Positions 1-14,497 of a stretch of DNA of 64,000 bases are shown piece after piece. The translations under genes and the position numbers were made by a program. The first letter of the stretch is position 1. Each line of letters starts with the position of its first letter. A model generated the notes under the pieces. The model was not told where the DNA came from, searched no databases, and saw only the letters and a program-made list of their open reading frames with translations. The stretch comes from Mobula hypostoma (Eukaryota): contig NC_086097.1 in NCBI RefSeq assembly GCF_963921235.1, positions 35,342,001-35,406,000 of the forward strand, given 5' to 3'.

Positions 1-1960
1 ACTGCTCAGTGTCGTACTGTTCACTGTGTAAGACCTACTCTGGTTGGCCCCACTGAAGTGCAAAACCTTGCACTTTTCTGCATTAAGTTCCATATGCTAT
101 TTTTCAGCCCATTTTCCCAGCTGGTCCAGATCCAACTGCAAACTCTGATAGTCTTTCTCATTATCTACCACACCCCAATCTTGGTGTCATCTGTAAAGTT
201 ACTGATCCAGTTAACCACATTATCATCCTGATCATAGATTTAGAAGACAAACAACAATGGACACAGCGCCCATCCCTGTAGCATTCCACTACTCACAGAC
301 CTCCAGTCAGAGAGGCAACCATCTACTACCACTCTCTGGCTGCTCCCACAAAGTCAATGTCTAATCCAATTTGCTACCTCATCTTGAATGCCAAGTGACT
401 GAACCTTCTTGACAAGCCTCCCATGTGGGACCTTGCCTAATGCCTTGCTAAAATTCATGTAGACAACATCCATTGCCTTGTATTCATCAACTTTCCTGGT
501 AACTTCCTCGAAAAGGTTTATGAGGTTGGGTAGATGTGTCCTGCCATGCACGAAGCCGTGCTGACTATCTCTTATCAGTCTATGTCCATCCATATACTCA
601 TGTATCCAGTCCCTCAGTATGTGTTCCAATAACTTTTCCACCTCTGATGCCAGGCTCACCGGCCTATAACTTCCTGGTTTCTTTCAGAGCCTTTCTTAAA
701 CAGCGGAACTACATTAGCTATCCACCAGTCCTCAGCTGTCACTAAGGATAATTTAAATATCTCTGCTAGGGCCCCTGCAATTTCTGCAATTGCCTCCCAC
801 AGAGTACAAGGGAACACCTTGTCAGGCCCTGGGGATTTATCCACCCTAACATGCTTCAAAACAGCAAACACCTTCTCCTCTGAAATCTGTAGAGGGTCCG
901 TAAAGTTGGTGCCACTTTGGGTCACTTTTATAGACTGTGTCCATTTCCTGAGTAAATACGGATTTCAGGTTTCCTCCATCTCTTTTGACTCCACTGATGG
1001 ATCACCATTCTGATCTTCCAGAGGACCAGTTTTGCTCCTTGCAATCCTTTTGCTCTTAACACATCTGTAGAATCCCTGAGGATTCTCCCTCAACTTGTCT
1101 GCTAGGGCAACCTTGTGCCTTTTTTTTTTGTGTTATCTTGCATTTCTTATACTCCAGAAGCATCTCATTTGTTCCTATCTGCATGCACCTCCTTTTTTTT
1201 CCTTAACCAGGCCCTCAATATCTTTTGAAAACCAAGGTTCCCTCCACCTGTTAATTTACCTTTTATTCTGATGGGCACATAGAAGCTTTGTTCTCTCAAA
1301 ATTTCACTTTTGAAGGCCTCCCACTTACCAAGTACACCTTGCCAAAAACCAGTCGGGCCCATTCTACACTTGCCAGATCATTTCTGATACCATCAAAATT
1401 GGCCTTTCCCAATTTCGAATCTCAACTTGCGGATCTGACCTATCCTTCTTCCATATTTAATTTGAAACTAATGGCATTATGATCACTAGATGCAAAATGT
1501 TCCCCTACACAAACCTCTGTCACCTGCCCTGTCTCATTCCCTAATAGCAGATCAAGCGTCGTACACTCTCTCTGAGGGACTTCTATGTGCTGAGTCAGAA
1601 AACTTTCCTGAACATATTTGACAAATTCTTTCCCATCCAGTCCTTTTACAGTATGGGATTCCCAATCAATATGTGGAAGGTTAAAGTCACCTGCTATAAC
1701 AATCTTATGTTTCTTGCAGCAGAATGCAATCTCTCAACAAACTTGCTCCTATAAATCCTGCAGACTGTTGGGTGTTTGTAATATTGTCCTGTTAATGTTG
1801 TCTTAACTTTCTTATTCCTCATAATACTTCACTAGACGAGTTCTTCAGTCTGTCCTGACTGAGCACTGCCATGACATTTTCTCTGAGTAGTAACGCTACT
1901 CTGTCACTTCTAAAACAATGGAATGCCAGAATATTGAGCTCTCAGTACTGCCCTTCTGCA
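1..1960 (-). mobile_element. Degenerate CR1 LINE ORF2 (endonuclease end, linker, RT); runs off the window start
   Basis: Broken - strand ORFs with DKSPGPDKVFP, ANVVPLFKKG, SQHGFVHGR..NLINLFEEVT, DVVYMNFSKALGKVPH. Confidence 0.92.
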
Positions 1961-2354
1961 ATATTGTCAAGAGTAGAATACGTTTAGGAAAACCAAAGAT
2001 GGGAAGTGCTCAAATACTTTGGAGTTTAACGGGGTGAATGGAGATCAGAGAGATAAGTGGGAACAAAGCAGTTGGAAATGAAAGGGACTTTTTCATCCCA
2101 ATGCATCACTTATCAGAAGTAAAGGTGAGAATAGGAAACCAATAGCAGTTTTGAAGAGTTAAGCAAGGGGTGCCAGCTATGATTGCAGTAGTCAGATCCA
2201 CAGAAGAATGGGAAGAATTTCAGCAGCAAATTACTGTGACATGAACGAGCTCATGGAGGGGAACGTAGTCTTAATGGGAGGATGGATATGTTCTGAAATT
2301 CGGCTTTGGGTATGGCACCAAAGCTGTGACCAATTTGGTTCAGTTCCTGATAGT

Positions 2355-2683
2355 TTACTGCTGCTGGCATTTAGGGCAGCAATGAAGGTTCTCCTTTTCT
2401 GGCGATGTTTAAGGCTTCCTTTATCACGTTAGTAGCTTCCTCTCAGATTTCACCACTGTCAGTCATGTAACTCCCGGTGGAGACTCAGGAATACCATCAC
2501 AAGCAGATGTAGAAGGATTCTTTGCTTTTCCCATAAAAATTTTGCTTTATCACTCAGAGTTGTTAGCCCTGAGCTGAACCCCCGAACCTGGAGGACTGGT
2601 GGACCACTTTTAATCTGGCCTCTTCGGGTCATTGAAGCATGCAAGCCTCCAAACTACAATAAATTTGTGGTCCTCTTGGAGGT
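2355..2683. repeat. Interspersed repeat, probably RTE-related (copy 1)
   Basis: Shares ctgtcagtcatg, ggtggagactcagga, gttgttagccctgagctgaacccc and tgtggtcctct with 49665-50036 in the same orientation. Family label is from memory only. Confidence 0.6.
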
Positions 2684-5239
2684 CAGTTCCTCATAGGGTG
2701 CGAGATTATTTTAGTGGCAAAGGAAGAGTGTTTGAATGGTCACTGAAGATATTTTATCTGGATAAAATTTGTGATCTTTTATTAAAGATCTCTTGAAGAT
2801 TTCTGAAATGATTCATCAGCATAAAAGCTGTCCTTTCCTTTTCACCGATAGTATTATTTTTGGGATTACTCCATAGGTCAAGGTGAAAATATATTTTAAG
2901 GATACGGATTTCTTAACTCGAAGAACTGAGTATTATAATCTGTAGTAAATTAAAGTCTTCTCTGTTATTTAAATTGCTGACAACATACCGCCACTTCATA
3001 TTGTTTACTTCAAATCATTAAGTGTTTTGCTTTTTTAGTTTTGTAATCAATTCTACCCTTGGCTCAGAAACCATTTTAAATTGTGATATTTTGATGTTCC
3101 ACCCTCAGATCTGGAGGAATTGCGTTTAGATTGTTGTAATGCAAACTGCCAAGCAAATAGTTCAAGGATCAATATTTATTGCAAAGGCTAGGCAGTCTGT
3201 GGCCATTAACAGAGATGTGAATTATTGCCTTGTTGTCATGAGTGTCATTGAAGAATTACCTTGAGGGATTTACGAAGCCTAACTTAATGAAGGCTGCAAT
3301 AGCACAAATGCGACAGAGGATTGCCCTCTGTTTCTGATCTCATCTCCAGAAAAGAGAATGGGGTAGGCAGCAGCATGAAATGGCTTCAATTATGTGATGA
3401 GTTTCCTGGTTAATGACATTTCATTGAAAGCCTCAAAAGAACAATAATGAGGTGATTCTTATTGGCTGTGTTTGCTTGTCTGAAGGGACCATTTTTGATG
3501 CTCAAGTCCTGGACTTGTGCAGACCAGTTGCAATGCCAGGAGTTACTAAATGGCAGAGGTGTTTACTATGCTCCTTGGCTGTGATTTTTCAGTATTACAT
3601 TGGGGAATTGTCACTCCGATCCTAGACCAGGTCAGACCTGTCACAGGATCTCAATTCATTGGTGATTCCATGACTAAGGGAAGTATTTGTTTTCTTATTT
3701 TTTAAACAACTTAAATCCTTTAAATTTTATTTGATCAATTCTATTAGTTTTTAATGGCCCTCAATGTCAGAGACATTGAATACCTATTAAAAAGCTAACA
3801 ACACTGTCTTGAGCTTTGTGTCCCTTATCAAAAACTCACAGTGCATTCTGGTGCATTCTATCACCTGAGGCCTAATCCCCGTCTGCACCTCACCACCTGA
3901 CATCTCAAAATAGATTGTTTAGACCTAAGTCAGGTAATTGTGGGCTGGTGTGGACTAAGGGTCATGTCAGTGGACATGATGCCAAAAAATCTGTCCTAAT
4001 TATAATTGAAAATTATTTTAATGATATACTCTATGAATTCAATTTGCATACCACATTTGAACTTTCAAGCTTCCCTCTCACAAGCCAGTCTGTCCATTCA
4101 CTGCTTGAGCTGTCCAATCTAAAAGTTAGTGATGGGCAGATTTTGCATTCCATGGCAATCATACCAGCACTACTTTGAACAAACTTGCAGTTGTCCATGG
4201 ATGTTTGTTCTGAAAAAATTTGAGAATGAGAAAACCATTTTAGAGTGACACTCTCTACATGAGATCTGAGACTTGAGTAAGCAGTGAAGCTTCTTAACCA
4301 AACAGACTGAAGAATCCTTGTTGAAGTCAGTGGAGTCTGAACCAAGTTATATTAGCCGGAAGCCTGTAATCTCTATTATGTTGCTTTGCTTTTCTTTGGC
4401 AGAGTTGACTTCAACTCAGCACAGCCTGAGTCTTTCTAATCCTTCATCCAGGTTTATTGACAAAGAAGTCAATGCTACTAACAAAATTGATCATATCCTG
4501 AAGTCAAATTAATGACCATTGGTAATTTCTGCATGCTGCCAATCTGTAAACCTTCAAGACAATAAACTAATTATACTGGTACATCTGGGTACAAGGGGAA
4601 TGTTAGATACTGCTTAGAACATTGAGTATATTTTTTTATTTTAATTATTTCAAAGGTTCATTTAATATCGGGGAATGGATACAGTATACAATCCGAAACT
4701 CGTACTCCTCACAAACATCCATGAAACAAGAAACCCCCATAGAGTGAATGATAGAATATCAAAGCCTGAAGCCTCCCCTCCCCACTCTCTATTCGTCCGT
4801 GAAGTTGACTGTTGCATCCCAATGTAATATGACATTGATTCTGTATATTTTTAGGAGGTACAATCAATGGATTATCTTCCAGCTACTTAATTGATAGTTT
4901 GATTAAGAAGTTTACAGTACTGTTTTTATTGCATTTTTTAATTTTAAATTTATTTTCATTGATATTAATGAAACAGCATCAAGCTACCACTCTTAAATAT
5001 ACCAAGGAATAGTTTGTAATACAAATTTTAAGAAATGCAAAATGGTATTTAGAAACAAAATTCATTTGCACGGGCTCATGGCAGATTTTGCATTTGAGAC
5101 CGTGTCTAACAGTTCGTCTGTGCACAACTTGCAAGTATGCTATATTTAAATCAATACAAAAGCATGAGTTGAGAGTGAAATAAAGGCAGTAAAGAAAGAT
5201 GAGATTATTAAATTGATGAAGTGGAGGCATGGTTGTGGT

Positions 5240-5995
5240 CTTCAACTGCCGAGTAATTTTGATCAGATAGTAAATTGTGCAGGGCAATGGCAGTTGGAAT
5301 TTAACCCTGATGGGTGTGACATGGTGCTTTTAGGGTCAATGATTAGTATGGTCCTAGGGAATATAGAAGAACAAGAAAACCTTAATGTATCAGACCTAAG
5401 AAAGAGGCCACACAGGTACCGTAGATAAAGTGGCAAAAGTAAGGTTTAAAAGTATGCTTGCTTTCATTTAGCCTGAGCACAGAATATAAGTGGAGAGAAG
5501 GCTTGTTGAATTTTATTAAACATTGGTTGAACCCCAGCTGGAATATTGTGTGTAGTTCTGGTCATCACTCCATAGGAAGCATGTAATTACAGCGGGAAGG
5601 TTGTAGAAGTGTTCCAGCAGGATGCGGCCTGGAATATAGAATATTTCAGTTAAGAGGAAAGACTAGATTAACTGGGCTTGTTTTCCTACAGCCAGAGGAG
5701 GCTGAGGGAGGCCTGATAGATTTGTATAGAATTATGACATAGATAGATTGAAATCTTTTTCCCCAAAGTGTAGTTTTAATGTGAGGAGTAAGTGGTTGAA
5801 AAGGGATTCTGACTACAATATTTTTTTCCACCCGGGGTGTGGTTGCAACCTGGAAAGTACTGCCTGTGAAGTTGCTCAAGACAGGTACTCATAGATTTGT
5901 GCAGCCCTATAGTACCAAAGCATACTGACCAAGTTAGGTACTCGATAGTTGGCAGGGAGACAGTGGTTGGGGGGGCCTGTTTCTGTGCTGTACAG
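5240..5995 (+). mobile_element. Old CR1 LINE 3' fragment
   Basis: Remnants WQLEFNPD.C and tattgtgtgtagttctggtc (YCV.FWS); 3' end ggcctgtttctgtgctgta. Confidence 0.8.
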
Positions 5996-7184
5996 CTCTG
6001 AAAGTTAAATATTTGTTATTTAATACTTGCAATCTTTTAAAATCTCCAATAAACATTAAAGTGGGCTTCTAAAAGTTAATCTTTAGTAATGGACAGATAA
6101 TTAATGTTGAGGATATACTGTACTTGTATGAACATGCCATAATTTTCTTCTGGCCAGATTACTGATGTCCATAATTTAAATTCTACATCTTTATAACCTT
6201 CCATTCATCTGAATGCTGAATCTCCTGTCAAAGCTCTGTTACGTTCAAAGGGAGTTGGCTACAAATCTGAAAGGAAAGAATTCACAGGGCTGTGGGAAAA
6301 ACATAGGGAGGTAGGACTAACTGGATTGCTTTTGCTTCAAGCTGATTCAGACTCATATAGCCAAATGCTGTAATCATTCAGTGGTTCTACTGCAAAGAAG
6401 CAGGGAGAAATGAACAGTAGTTTACAAATGTATTAACCTGCACAGGTGTGCTACTTGGAGTTATTTAACTGCAAAGTCTAGGCTAAGCATTTCACTCCAA
6501 ATCAAGATAGTGTACAGCATGTAGGTAGATATTCACTCCTTTTGCAAGAAAGTTATTGATTTTTTAGTTTGTTAATGAAGAAAACTCTTAAAATATTTTA
6601 TATTTATTTAACAAAATGGCACCTGAATTTATCCTTTGCACAATCAGTGAAAGGCACTCTCCTTAGTGACAAATACAGAGGAAAGTAATAAAATTCTATT
6701 AATGTTCCGTTTATACTTTCAACAAGCTAAAATGCCAATTCAACAGTGTGAATGATGAAGGAAGTAAGTGGTCCAGTTTCAGCACCAGCAAATGTAGGAG
6801 CCTAATGGATCCTCGGAACTGAAGGATAAATGATTATAGCCTCAAGCTTGTAACTTTAATCTTTCTACTGTAATCTGTAACTGGTGCTGAAACTGTGAAA
6901 TCCAAAATGCTGCAGTAGGAAATCTTCTTGAAATTTAAGTCCAAACCTTACAAACCATAAAATTCAACAATAAACTAACAGTTTACTACCACCATCAATA
7001 GTTCATGAGCTGAACCAGAAAAAGATCATAATATCTGTGCACACTTTATATCCTATTGCTTTGTAATTGCAAATTTTATTTTCTCCCAATAAAAGAAAGC
7101 TTAACAGATCACTTCTTGAAATTGTTTGTTAATTTTAAGTCTCCAGTGCTACTATACTCTACAAACTACATTGCATTTTAAATA

Positions 7185-8026
7185 CAATGGATTTCAATCA
7201 ATTGGGACATATCGGGCACGGTACATTTTGGACCAATTAAGTGGCTGCCCCAATTAGCCGAAGTTTCATGGAAATATTTAAAAAGATATAAATAGAACAA
7301 ACTACTCTTTAATTAAGTAACAAATTATGTACTTAAATGAAATACAGAACAAATTAGAATATTAGCAAAACTACCATAGTATACAAAATTGCATATTGGT
7401 TCTCAACAGTCATCAGTGGAGGAATTCATCCAGACAATGTATACTGCTATGAACTTTAGATGTTTTTTACAGATTAGACTGCAAAGTCAATCTAAAATCA
7501 GCACAGACACCTAGTGCAGATAATGGAATGTTTTTGACGATTGCATCTTCCAAATCTACATTTTCATTGTAACATTCAAGATTATTGTCAATACCTTTAA
7601 ATTCTTTGTAGCTCTTGATTTGTTGGAGTAGTGTAATTGTTTCATTTTCACTCTTGGCTGTTTCTGGTATCTCCAAGCATGAACGTTTGAAACTTTAGTG
7701 AACAAAACAGTTCTGAATTATCTTACTGCTTCTTTCTTGTCGACTATCAATTACAAAAGCACTGTTTTTTTGAATACAGACAAACTGTATATAAACATTA
7801 TTCAGTCTAAGCATGGTGTAATGTCTCGTGGCCACGCTGGTGCATGTGACTGATGTTAATCAGAAACTATTTGGCAACAATCTCCTGCCTCAATGAAGCG
7901 GTATAGTGTTCCAGACAAAAGAAGGCAATCCTGACTATTTTCTCAATTAGTTTGTGTTCTTTAACTGGTGTCCCAAATAAGTGGCTGCCCTGATTAATCA
8001 ATGGCCCAATTAACCGGACTCCACTG
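7185..8026 (-). mobile_element. Non-autonomous Tigger/pogo-like DNA transposon (copy 1)
   Basis: TA at 7183-84 and 8027-28. TIRs CAATGGATTTCAATCAATTGGG and CCCAATTAACCGGACTCCACTG. Interior is homologous to 43746-44591 in opposite orientation. Confidence 0.82.
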
Positions 8027-10002
8027 TAGTTTTTGGGCTCTGAACATATTTCTCCAGTATGAATGGTCAAAGTAGAGATGCCTTATCAGCTACTCAAAAT
8101 TGGAGTTGCTTTCCTTTTTTGAAACAATCAGATAGAAGCACAGTTTGGAGTAAGATGCTGAAATAATCATGAACTGCAGTTCCTCATGGCGGATGGTTTC
8201 TGCTCTCAGAGCTCACTGAGTGGCCTAGCATTATCGATATCTCCAGGAGTGGCCAGGAGAATGTGTGCCTCTGGAATGTGGTCCTGTGGCACTGTGGACA
8301 ACCTGATTCCTAGCTGGTGTCGCTGACTGAAGATTGTGGGAGATCAGAACAGTGTCTCACAATCCTTGCTGTACCACAGATCCTCCAGTTAGAAGAACAT
8401 AAATCGCAAAGGTGGTGCTGACTCTTTACACTGTCACAAGATTGGCTAATGTATGTTGACAGTGCAAATGTGGAACATACAGGATAACTGTAATCCTGTG
8501 ATCTGGTGATGACTGGTATGAATAAGATCATCTGCAGTATGTATGACTCAACTAGCACAAGCCATCCATCTTGATCAAATGATTAATGTTGACATAAGCT
8601 CATTGGAATACAGGCTTGGAGGTACGTCCATGATAAATTGTGGTGCTGGAAGGGGCTGAGATCTTGATCAAAAGAATATTTTATGGCCCATCATCAAACC
8701 TTTGACAAAATTCTATCTCAAATTTACATTACAATTCCATGCAAAATCAAGTTGTCAAAATGATTCGATGCATACCATACAAAATATAATAAGTATTAAG
8801 ATACATTTTAAGTTCAGTGCTGAAGAACCCAATTTCTAGGCAGTTCTTCCATCTGCTGCCATCATTACAATTGACATAAGTAACCCTGCTGTTTACCTGG
8901 TATCTCTCTGCCCCATTCTCGGGTTTTCTTTATCAGGCAGAAATTCATTTTCATCAATCATAAAATAAAGAGAACATAATATTTTCAATCGTGTACAGGT
9001 TGATGTGATTTGTTTCCCTTTCAAGTCCATACCGAGTTTCTGAACTTCCCTTCACCTGTAGCTCACTGATGGATTATAGGTTGTGACGGAATGATCATTA
9101 CAGGTGCATTCTGGACATTTCACGAGCAGTGTTGTATGTCATTAAACTAGTAGCTTGAAGATCTAATGCATGCACCATTTTATATTTAAAATCTACAACA
9201 GTCACCAACTTAAAGTAAAATTAAAGCATACATTATTTATCCTGCATTAATACATAATCATACAATGATATTGTTAAAGTGGTGTAATCTTTGTAAGAAT
9301 CATGGAAAAAGAAAAAGATTTTCCAAAGTTTAACTGTTCATTTGTAATCTTTGCTCTCAATGAAAAATTGCCCCCTTAAATAAATCCATTTGTCATGAAA
9401 ATCAAGCTTCTTGAACGTTTTTAACCCATTTCTAGGATGTGTACTGTAAGTTTATCTTTCATCACTAATTCATCCACTGTCAGTAAACCAAGTGAAAGTT
9501 ATTAACAGTGACTGTAATTTATGCTTGGCTAGTTATTAAAATATTAGGTACATATTTAATCAGTTGTTATTGCACACTTGCAATTCACTATGTGATCACA
9601 ACTCATCTGCCCCAAGCTATTAATTCAATACAGGATCAGAGGTCAATAAACATGATTTTATAGTACGTTAAGAAATTGGACAGTAGGACATTGCAGAACA
9701 GCAGCAAGTAGACTTTTTACTTAGATTGCCACACATCACATCACATCAGCAAAATGTATTACCTGCAAAGCTAAACAGTTTGTGCCAGAGGCAACTTTTA
9801 ACAGTTAACTGTTGTAGCAGTCCACAAAAAGATTTTCAATGACATTCATAACCTCATCCTGGAAATGTCTGATGGAAGGAACCCTGTGGGTTTCTGTTCT
9901 TGGTTGCACTACCATGCGGAGTGTGCCACGTAATGGGAAGGCAACATGGGGAGCTCTGAGGGGCATGTGGGGCATATTTGAGGTTCTTCTCAGACTGTAT
10001 AT

Positions 10003-11700
10003 TCAAAGTTCAAAGTAAACTTATTATCAAAATACATATGTGTTACCTCATACAATCCTGAGATTAATTTCCTTGTGGGCATTCATAGTAAATACAAGAA
10101 ACACAATAGAATCGATGAAGGACTGCACTCAACAAGATGGACAAGCAATCAATTTGTAAAATACACCAAACTGTGCAAATACAATAAGAAAAGGAAAGAA
10201 AGAATAATAATAAATAAATAAATAAGCAATAGATATCAAGAACATGAGGTGAAGTGTAGTCTTTGAAAGTGAGTCCACAGTTTGTGGGAACAGTTTAGTG
10301 ATGGGGGCAATCTGGTTCAAGACCCTAATGTCTGAGGGGTAATAACTGTTCCTGAGCCTGAGACTCCTGGACCTCCTCCATGATGGCAGCAACAAGAAGA
10401 CTGCATGGTCTGAAAGGTGGGGGGTCCTTGATTACGGATGCTGCTTTCCTGTGACAATATGCTCAATAGTGGGGGGGAGCTTTACCCCTGATGGTCTGGA
10501 CTATATCCACTATTTTTTGTCAGCTTTTCCATTGGAAGGCATTGGTGTTTGCATACCAGGCTGTCATGCAGTCAGTCAATATAGTCTCCACCACACACCT
10601 ATGAAATTCTGTTGAAGTTTTAGATGACATTCCAAATTTTCACAAACTTCTCAGGAAGTAGAAGTGCTTTCTTCGTTATGGTACGTACGTACTGAATCTA
10701 GGACGGATCTTTTGAAATTATAGCACTGTGGAATTTCCAGTTGCTGATCTTCCATTCTAAATGGTCTACACCTCTGGGGTAGACCATTTAGAACGGAGTT
10801 GAGGAAAAACTGTTTCACACAGAGGGTTGTGGTTCTGTGGAATGCTCTGCCTCAGAAGGCAGTAGAGGTCTGGATGCTTTCAAGAAAGAGTTAGATAGAG
10901 CTCTTTATGATAGCGGAGTCAAGGGATGTGGGGAGAAGGCAGGAAAAGGGTACTGATTGTAGATGATCACAGTGAATGGTGGTGCAGGCTCGAAGTGCTG
11001 AATGGCCTACTCCTGCACCTATTGTCTATTGTCTATTGATCCTCTGATGAGAAATGGCTTATGGATATTCAGTTTCCTTCTCCTGAAGTCAATAATCAGC
11101 TCCTGAGTCTTGCTGACATTGAGTGAGAGGTTGTGGCTGTGGCACCACTCAGCCAGATTTTCAATCTCTCTCCTATATGCTGATTCATTGCCACCTTTGA
11201 TTCGGCCAAAGACAGTAGTGCCATCAGCAAACTTAAATATGGTAATGGAGTTGTTCTTAGCTTCACAGTCATAAGCATAAAGCGAGTAGAGTGGGGGGCA
11301 AAGCACACAGCCTTGTGGTGCACCTGTGCTGATGGGGATTTTGGAGGAAATGTTTTTGCCAATCCAAACTGACTGGAGTCTGCAAGTGAGGAAATTGAGG
11401 ATCCAGTTGTATAAGGAGGCACTAAGGCCAATGTTTGAAGCTTATTGATTAGTTTTGAGGGGATGATGATATTGAATGCTGAGCTGTAGTCATGAAGAAC
11501 ATCCTGATGTATGCACTTTAACTTTCCAGTTGTTCCAGGGTTGAGTGAAGAGCCAATGAAATGGCTTTTGCTGTTGACCTGTTGTGACAGTAGAGAAACT
11601 GGTGTGGATCTAAGTCGCTTCTCAGGCAGGACTTGATATGTTTCATCACCAACCTCTCAAAGCACTTCATTTCAGTGGATGTAAGTGCTACTGGATGATA
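10003..11700 (-). mobile_element. Rex/Babar-like LINE, 5'-truncated, interrupted by a CR1 fragment
   Basis: ORF pieces [57 protein letters not shown]; (TTTGAAC)-type tail near 10003-10016. Confidence 0.85.
10776..11037 (+). mobile_element. CR1 3' fragment nested in the Rex-like LINE
   Basis: acacagagggttgtg..tggaatgctctgcc..gaatggcctactcctgcacc followed by a (TATTGTC)n tail. Host sequence resumes at gatcctctgatgag. Confidence 0.85.
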
Positions 11701-12321
11701 TGAACACACATGGTCAAGTACATCATAGAGGGAACTTGCACTTAATTACATACATTATATCACTTTTTCTAAGAGTGATGTGAATTTAACATATCCACCA
11801 GTGTAACTGATCCATTGAGTTTTAGATTCTCTTTGATCTTTGTGATTGTACTGATATTGCCTATGTTGTTCTTAGTGACTCAACAGATATTGTTGATCTA
11901 GTATCCACCTCTGGATTTCTTGACTCATTTCAATTGATTTTCGTATCAACATTTCTTGGACCATTGTAGGACTCACTTTCGGAGTAACTTCAAATTAACA
12001 GTCTTCCTCATTTTTCCCTTGGTGGTGCCCTGTCATGAGACCAAGTGTCTAACCTATAATCATTCTTAGAACCTTGTGTGACCATGATCTCTCTGATATC
12101 TCACTCTTTCATCTACCAGGTGCTCGCTGGCCTCAGCAAAGAAACGTTTAGACCCACCTCCCATTCCTGCAATTATATTTTACCTTGTCTGCCCTTCGAT
12201 GGTGTAGTGTGATGGAAACTCTGTATGGACCATTCATGGCTATAGGTGCTGCTGAAATTTTAAGCAGATGTCCCTGACTCAGACTGTTTAGGTGCACTGT
12301 GCAAAGATGAACTTGTATATC

Positions 12322-12725
12322 CAAAGTTCGAAGTAAAATTTATTATCAGAGTACATACATGTCACCACATATAACCCTGAGATTCTTTTCCTGCGGGCAT
12401 ATTTAGCAAATCTATAGAACAGTAACTGTAAACAGTAAGCAAACTGTGCAAATATATATATATATGTAAAGGGTAGTAACTGTTCTTGAACCTGGTGGTG
12501 TGAGTCCTGAGGCATTTGTACCTTCTACCCGATGGCAGCAGGTTCTTCCCCGTTCTGGTGATCATAGTGAGCATAGAAGGCATTGAGATGATCTGAAAGC
12601 GATGCTCTGTGTTCCCCTATGTTGCAAGATTTAACTTTGTAGGAGGTTATGGCATTGTGTGTACCAATAATTTTTTTGGGCCTATATGCTCTATAGTGCA
12701 TCATGATGAGGTGACCACGCACAAA
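12322..12725 (-). mobile_element. Fragmented Rex/Babar-like LINE 3' end
   Basis: LLPSGRRYKCLRTHTTRFKNSYYP and a 3' UTR of the same type as at 10003. Confidence 0.75.
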
Positions 12726-13659
12726 GCTCTGCACCCTGTCATGTTTTGAGACGGCAAAGCAGGAGTAACTTTTACCAGGACATTAAGTTGATGCAAAAAT
12801 AAATAATTTAAAATTGCATGAAATCCCATAAGACACCAGGAACTGTTAAGTTTGCATACCCCAGTGATGCTATTATGCCAGCTATCTTACAATCCTGGAT
12901 TTTTTGAGGCTACCATCAAAAGCTGGTAAGGCTCAATATTACTGGAAGTCTCATTGGGAGTCCATTCCCACATCTTGCTGCCCTCTTTGCACTGATGTCC
13001 CTTTGAGAGAGGCCACATTGTGGAAGATATGAGTACATTTTTGTTGCTGGTAAGAAAGGGGCTCCAAATGAAAATAAGGAAGGCATTTCTGTTTCATCGT
13101 ATAACAATGTACTATAAGCAATTCAACTTTGTTTCCTCTGAGATTTTTTTCTGCATTATTATTTTTGAGGATTATCATTGAAAAGAGAAAGTTTCAATTT
13201 TCTGCCTATTTACATTGGCATCAGTCATGGTTGTACAAGACAGAAAAACACTGCGCAGAGAAAATCATACTAGAATTCATTTACAAAGAAATATTTCATA
13301 ACCAGAATATCAGATACAACAATGAACTTAAATAAATAACTTCTAGCTCAAATCCAAATCAAGCTGATAGGATGAAAATCTATTGTCCCAAATATTCTGT
13401 AATTTAGTATTGTCAATAATATTAAAGTGAATCCGGTTTGTGGATCTCATGCAAATGAACGCTAAGTTGACATGGTCATGGTTTTCCGTCAAGTTTTCTC
13501 TCAGTTCTTTGTTCAGTGCTGCACTTTTAGAGATTTCAAGATATAGTTAATGAATCTTGATACTCGGTAGCTCAATATGAATTCTTCGGTGCTATGCAGC
13601 TGAATAAAGACCTCATCCAGAGTGAGAAGAGCTAATGAGCAGTTCATGTTATCTTCATC

Positions 13660-14020
13660 ATTTCAGAATTCACCCTTCTCTTCTCATCTGCCCATCACCT
13701 CTCTTTGGTTCCCCTCCTCCTTCCCTTCCTTCCATGGTGCATTGTCCTCTCCTACTAGTTTCCTTCTTCAGCCATTTACCTCTTCCACCTACCCCCTTAT
13801 ACTTCATCTGCCCTCCCCCACCCACCCACCTTCCTCCTCACCTGGTTTCACCTATCCACCCACCAGCTTGTACTGCATCCCTTCCTCCCACCTTCTTATT
13901 CTGACTTCTGTCCCTTTCCTTTCCAGTCCTGATGAAGGCTTTCTGCCTAAGATGTTGACTGTTTATTTGTCTCCATGGATACTGCCTGACCTGCTGAGTT
14001 CCTCCAGCATTTTGTGCAAG
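13660..14020 (+). mobile_element. Penelope-like element 3' fragment with decayed hammerhead (13924-13961)
   Basis: Pyrimidine-rich 3' UTR, then ccagtcctgatgaagg..gttgactg..ctgcctgacctgctgagttcctccagca. Homologous to the region downstream of the GIY-YIG ORF at 53909-54492. Confidence 0.8.
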
Positions 14021-14121
14021 TTGTTTATCATTTCAGAACTTTGAATTGTCCCTTACAGAAGGATTTACTTCTGCACAAAATCATGTGAGTTGAGCCTGGG
14101 ATAACATATTTTTCCAATCAA

Positions 14122-14497
14122 TCAACACACACAAAATGCTGGAGGAACGCAGGGGGCCTGGCGGCATCTATGGAAAAAAGTAAACGGTCCACGTTTCGGG
14201 CCGAGACCCTTCATCAGGACTGGAAAGTAAAAGTGAGAAGGTGGGGAGGGGAGGAAGAAGTACAAGGTAGTAGTTGAAAGGTGAAACCAGGGGGTGAAGA
14301 AAAGAGCTGGGAAGTTGATTGGTGAAAAAGATAAAGGGCTGGAGAAGGGAAATCTGATGGAAGAGGACAGAAGGCCGTGTAAGAAAGGGAAGGAGGAAGA
14401 GCAGCAGAGGGAGGTGTTGTGCAGGTGAGAGAGGGAAATGGGAATGGGGAATGGTGAAGGAGGGGGAGGGCATACCGGAAGTTCAAAAAATCGATGT
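14122..14497 (-). mobile_element. Penelope-like element 3' fragment with near-intact hammerhead (14185-14222)
   Basis: Starts at the ORF end (IDF.NFR). Minus strand reads CAGTC CTGATGA AGGGTCTCGGCCC GAAA CGTG GACCG, so the cleavage triplet is mutated to GUG. Confidence 0.85.
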
